This document shows, piece after piece, positions 63,601 through 64,000 of a DNA stretch of 64,000 nucleotides. The notes beneath the pieces are model-generated. The model was not told the DNA's origin and searched no databases. It saw nothing but the letters and a program-made list of their open reading frames with translations. Numbering within the stretch: the first letter of the stretch is position 1; every line of letters starts with the position of its first letter. Made by a program: the position numbers and the translations under genes. The DNA comes from Malacoraja senta (Eukaryota), in NCBI GenBank assembly GCA_038087875.1, contig JAXLNO010000630.1:1-64000 (forward strand). The letters are read 5' to 3'.

Positions 63601-64000
63601 CTCAACGATAACTCTGGTCAGATTCCCGAGCCTGTCTCGAAAGGCAATCCTGGCCATAATGCTGAGCCTGCCTCGAAAGACAACTCTGGCCATAATTCTG
63701 AGCCTGCCTCGAAAGACAACTGGCCTTATTTCCGAGCCTGTCTTGAAAGGCAATCCTGGCCATAATACTGAGCCTGCCTTGAAAGACAACTCAGGTCCCA
63801 ATTCCAAGCCATGCTTGGACCCTTATATACTGTGCAATATAAACTAATCACATGTTATCATTTTAGTTATAAACGGATCTGAATCTCATGTTATCATAGT
63901 CATTTGTACAAAAACAAGTGTAAATATTACCAACTTGTAAATGGTCCACATACCCCATGTTTCGGAAGAACCAGACCCACCTAACTCCATGGTTACCGGT
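60620..64000 (-). mobile_element. DIRS1-like retrotransposon 3, strongly decayed, runs off the window
   Basis: Same terminal inverted repeat and ICR (60620-60957); YR, MT (IDMFVSRL) and RT remnants. Confidence 0.92.
63583..63810. repeat. ~36-bp minisatellite (about 6 units) inside DIRS 3
   Basis: Units like ctggccataatgctgagcctgcctcgaaagacaact. Confidence 0.85.

Noticed and set aside
63583..63810. 36-bp repeats as a CRISPR array
   Set aside because: They are head-to-tail with no unique spacers.

Overview
Eukaryotic, vertebrate non-coding DNA, most likely from a cartilaginous fish (skate or ray). This is inferred from HE1-type V-SINEs, Penelope-derived repeats and a two-exon GPR139-like receptor. 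Most of the window is nested transposable elements: four L1-type LINE copies (+), CR1 and L2 fragments, two Gypsy LTR remnants, three DIRS1-like tyrosine-recombinase retrotransposons (-), Penelope fragments with minimal hammerhead-ribozyme motifs, a hAT non-autonomous element, several SINEs and a ~3.4 kb foldback. The only host gene I can support is a GPR139/GPR142-family class A GPCR (exons 24332-24401 and 28957-~29860), which is frameshifted. Positions 1-6322 and 37264-58647 are two copies of one duplicated segment. The second copy gained four insertions, so empty and filled sites can be compared directly. All alignments were done by eye, so boundaries without a TSD are approximate.
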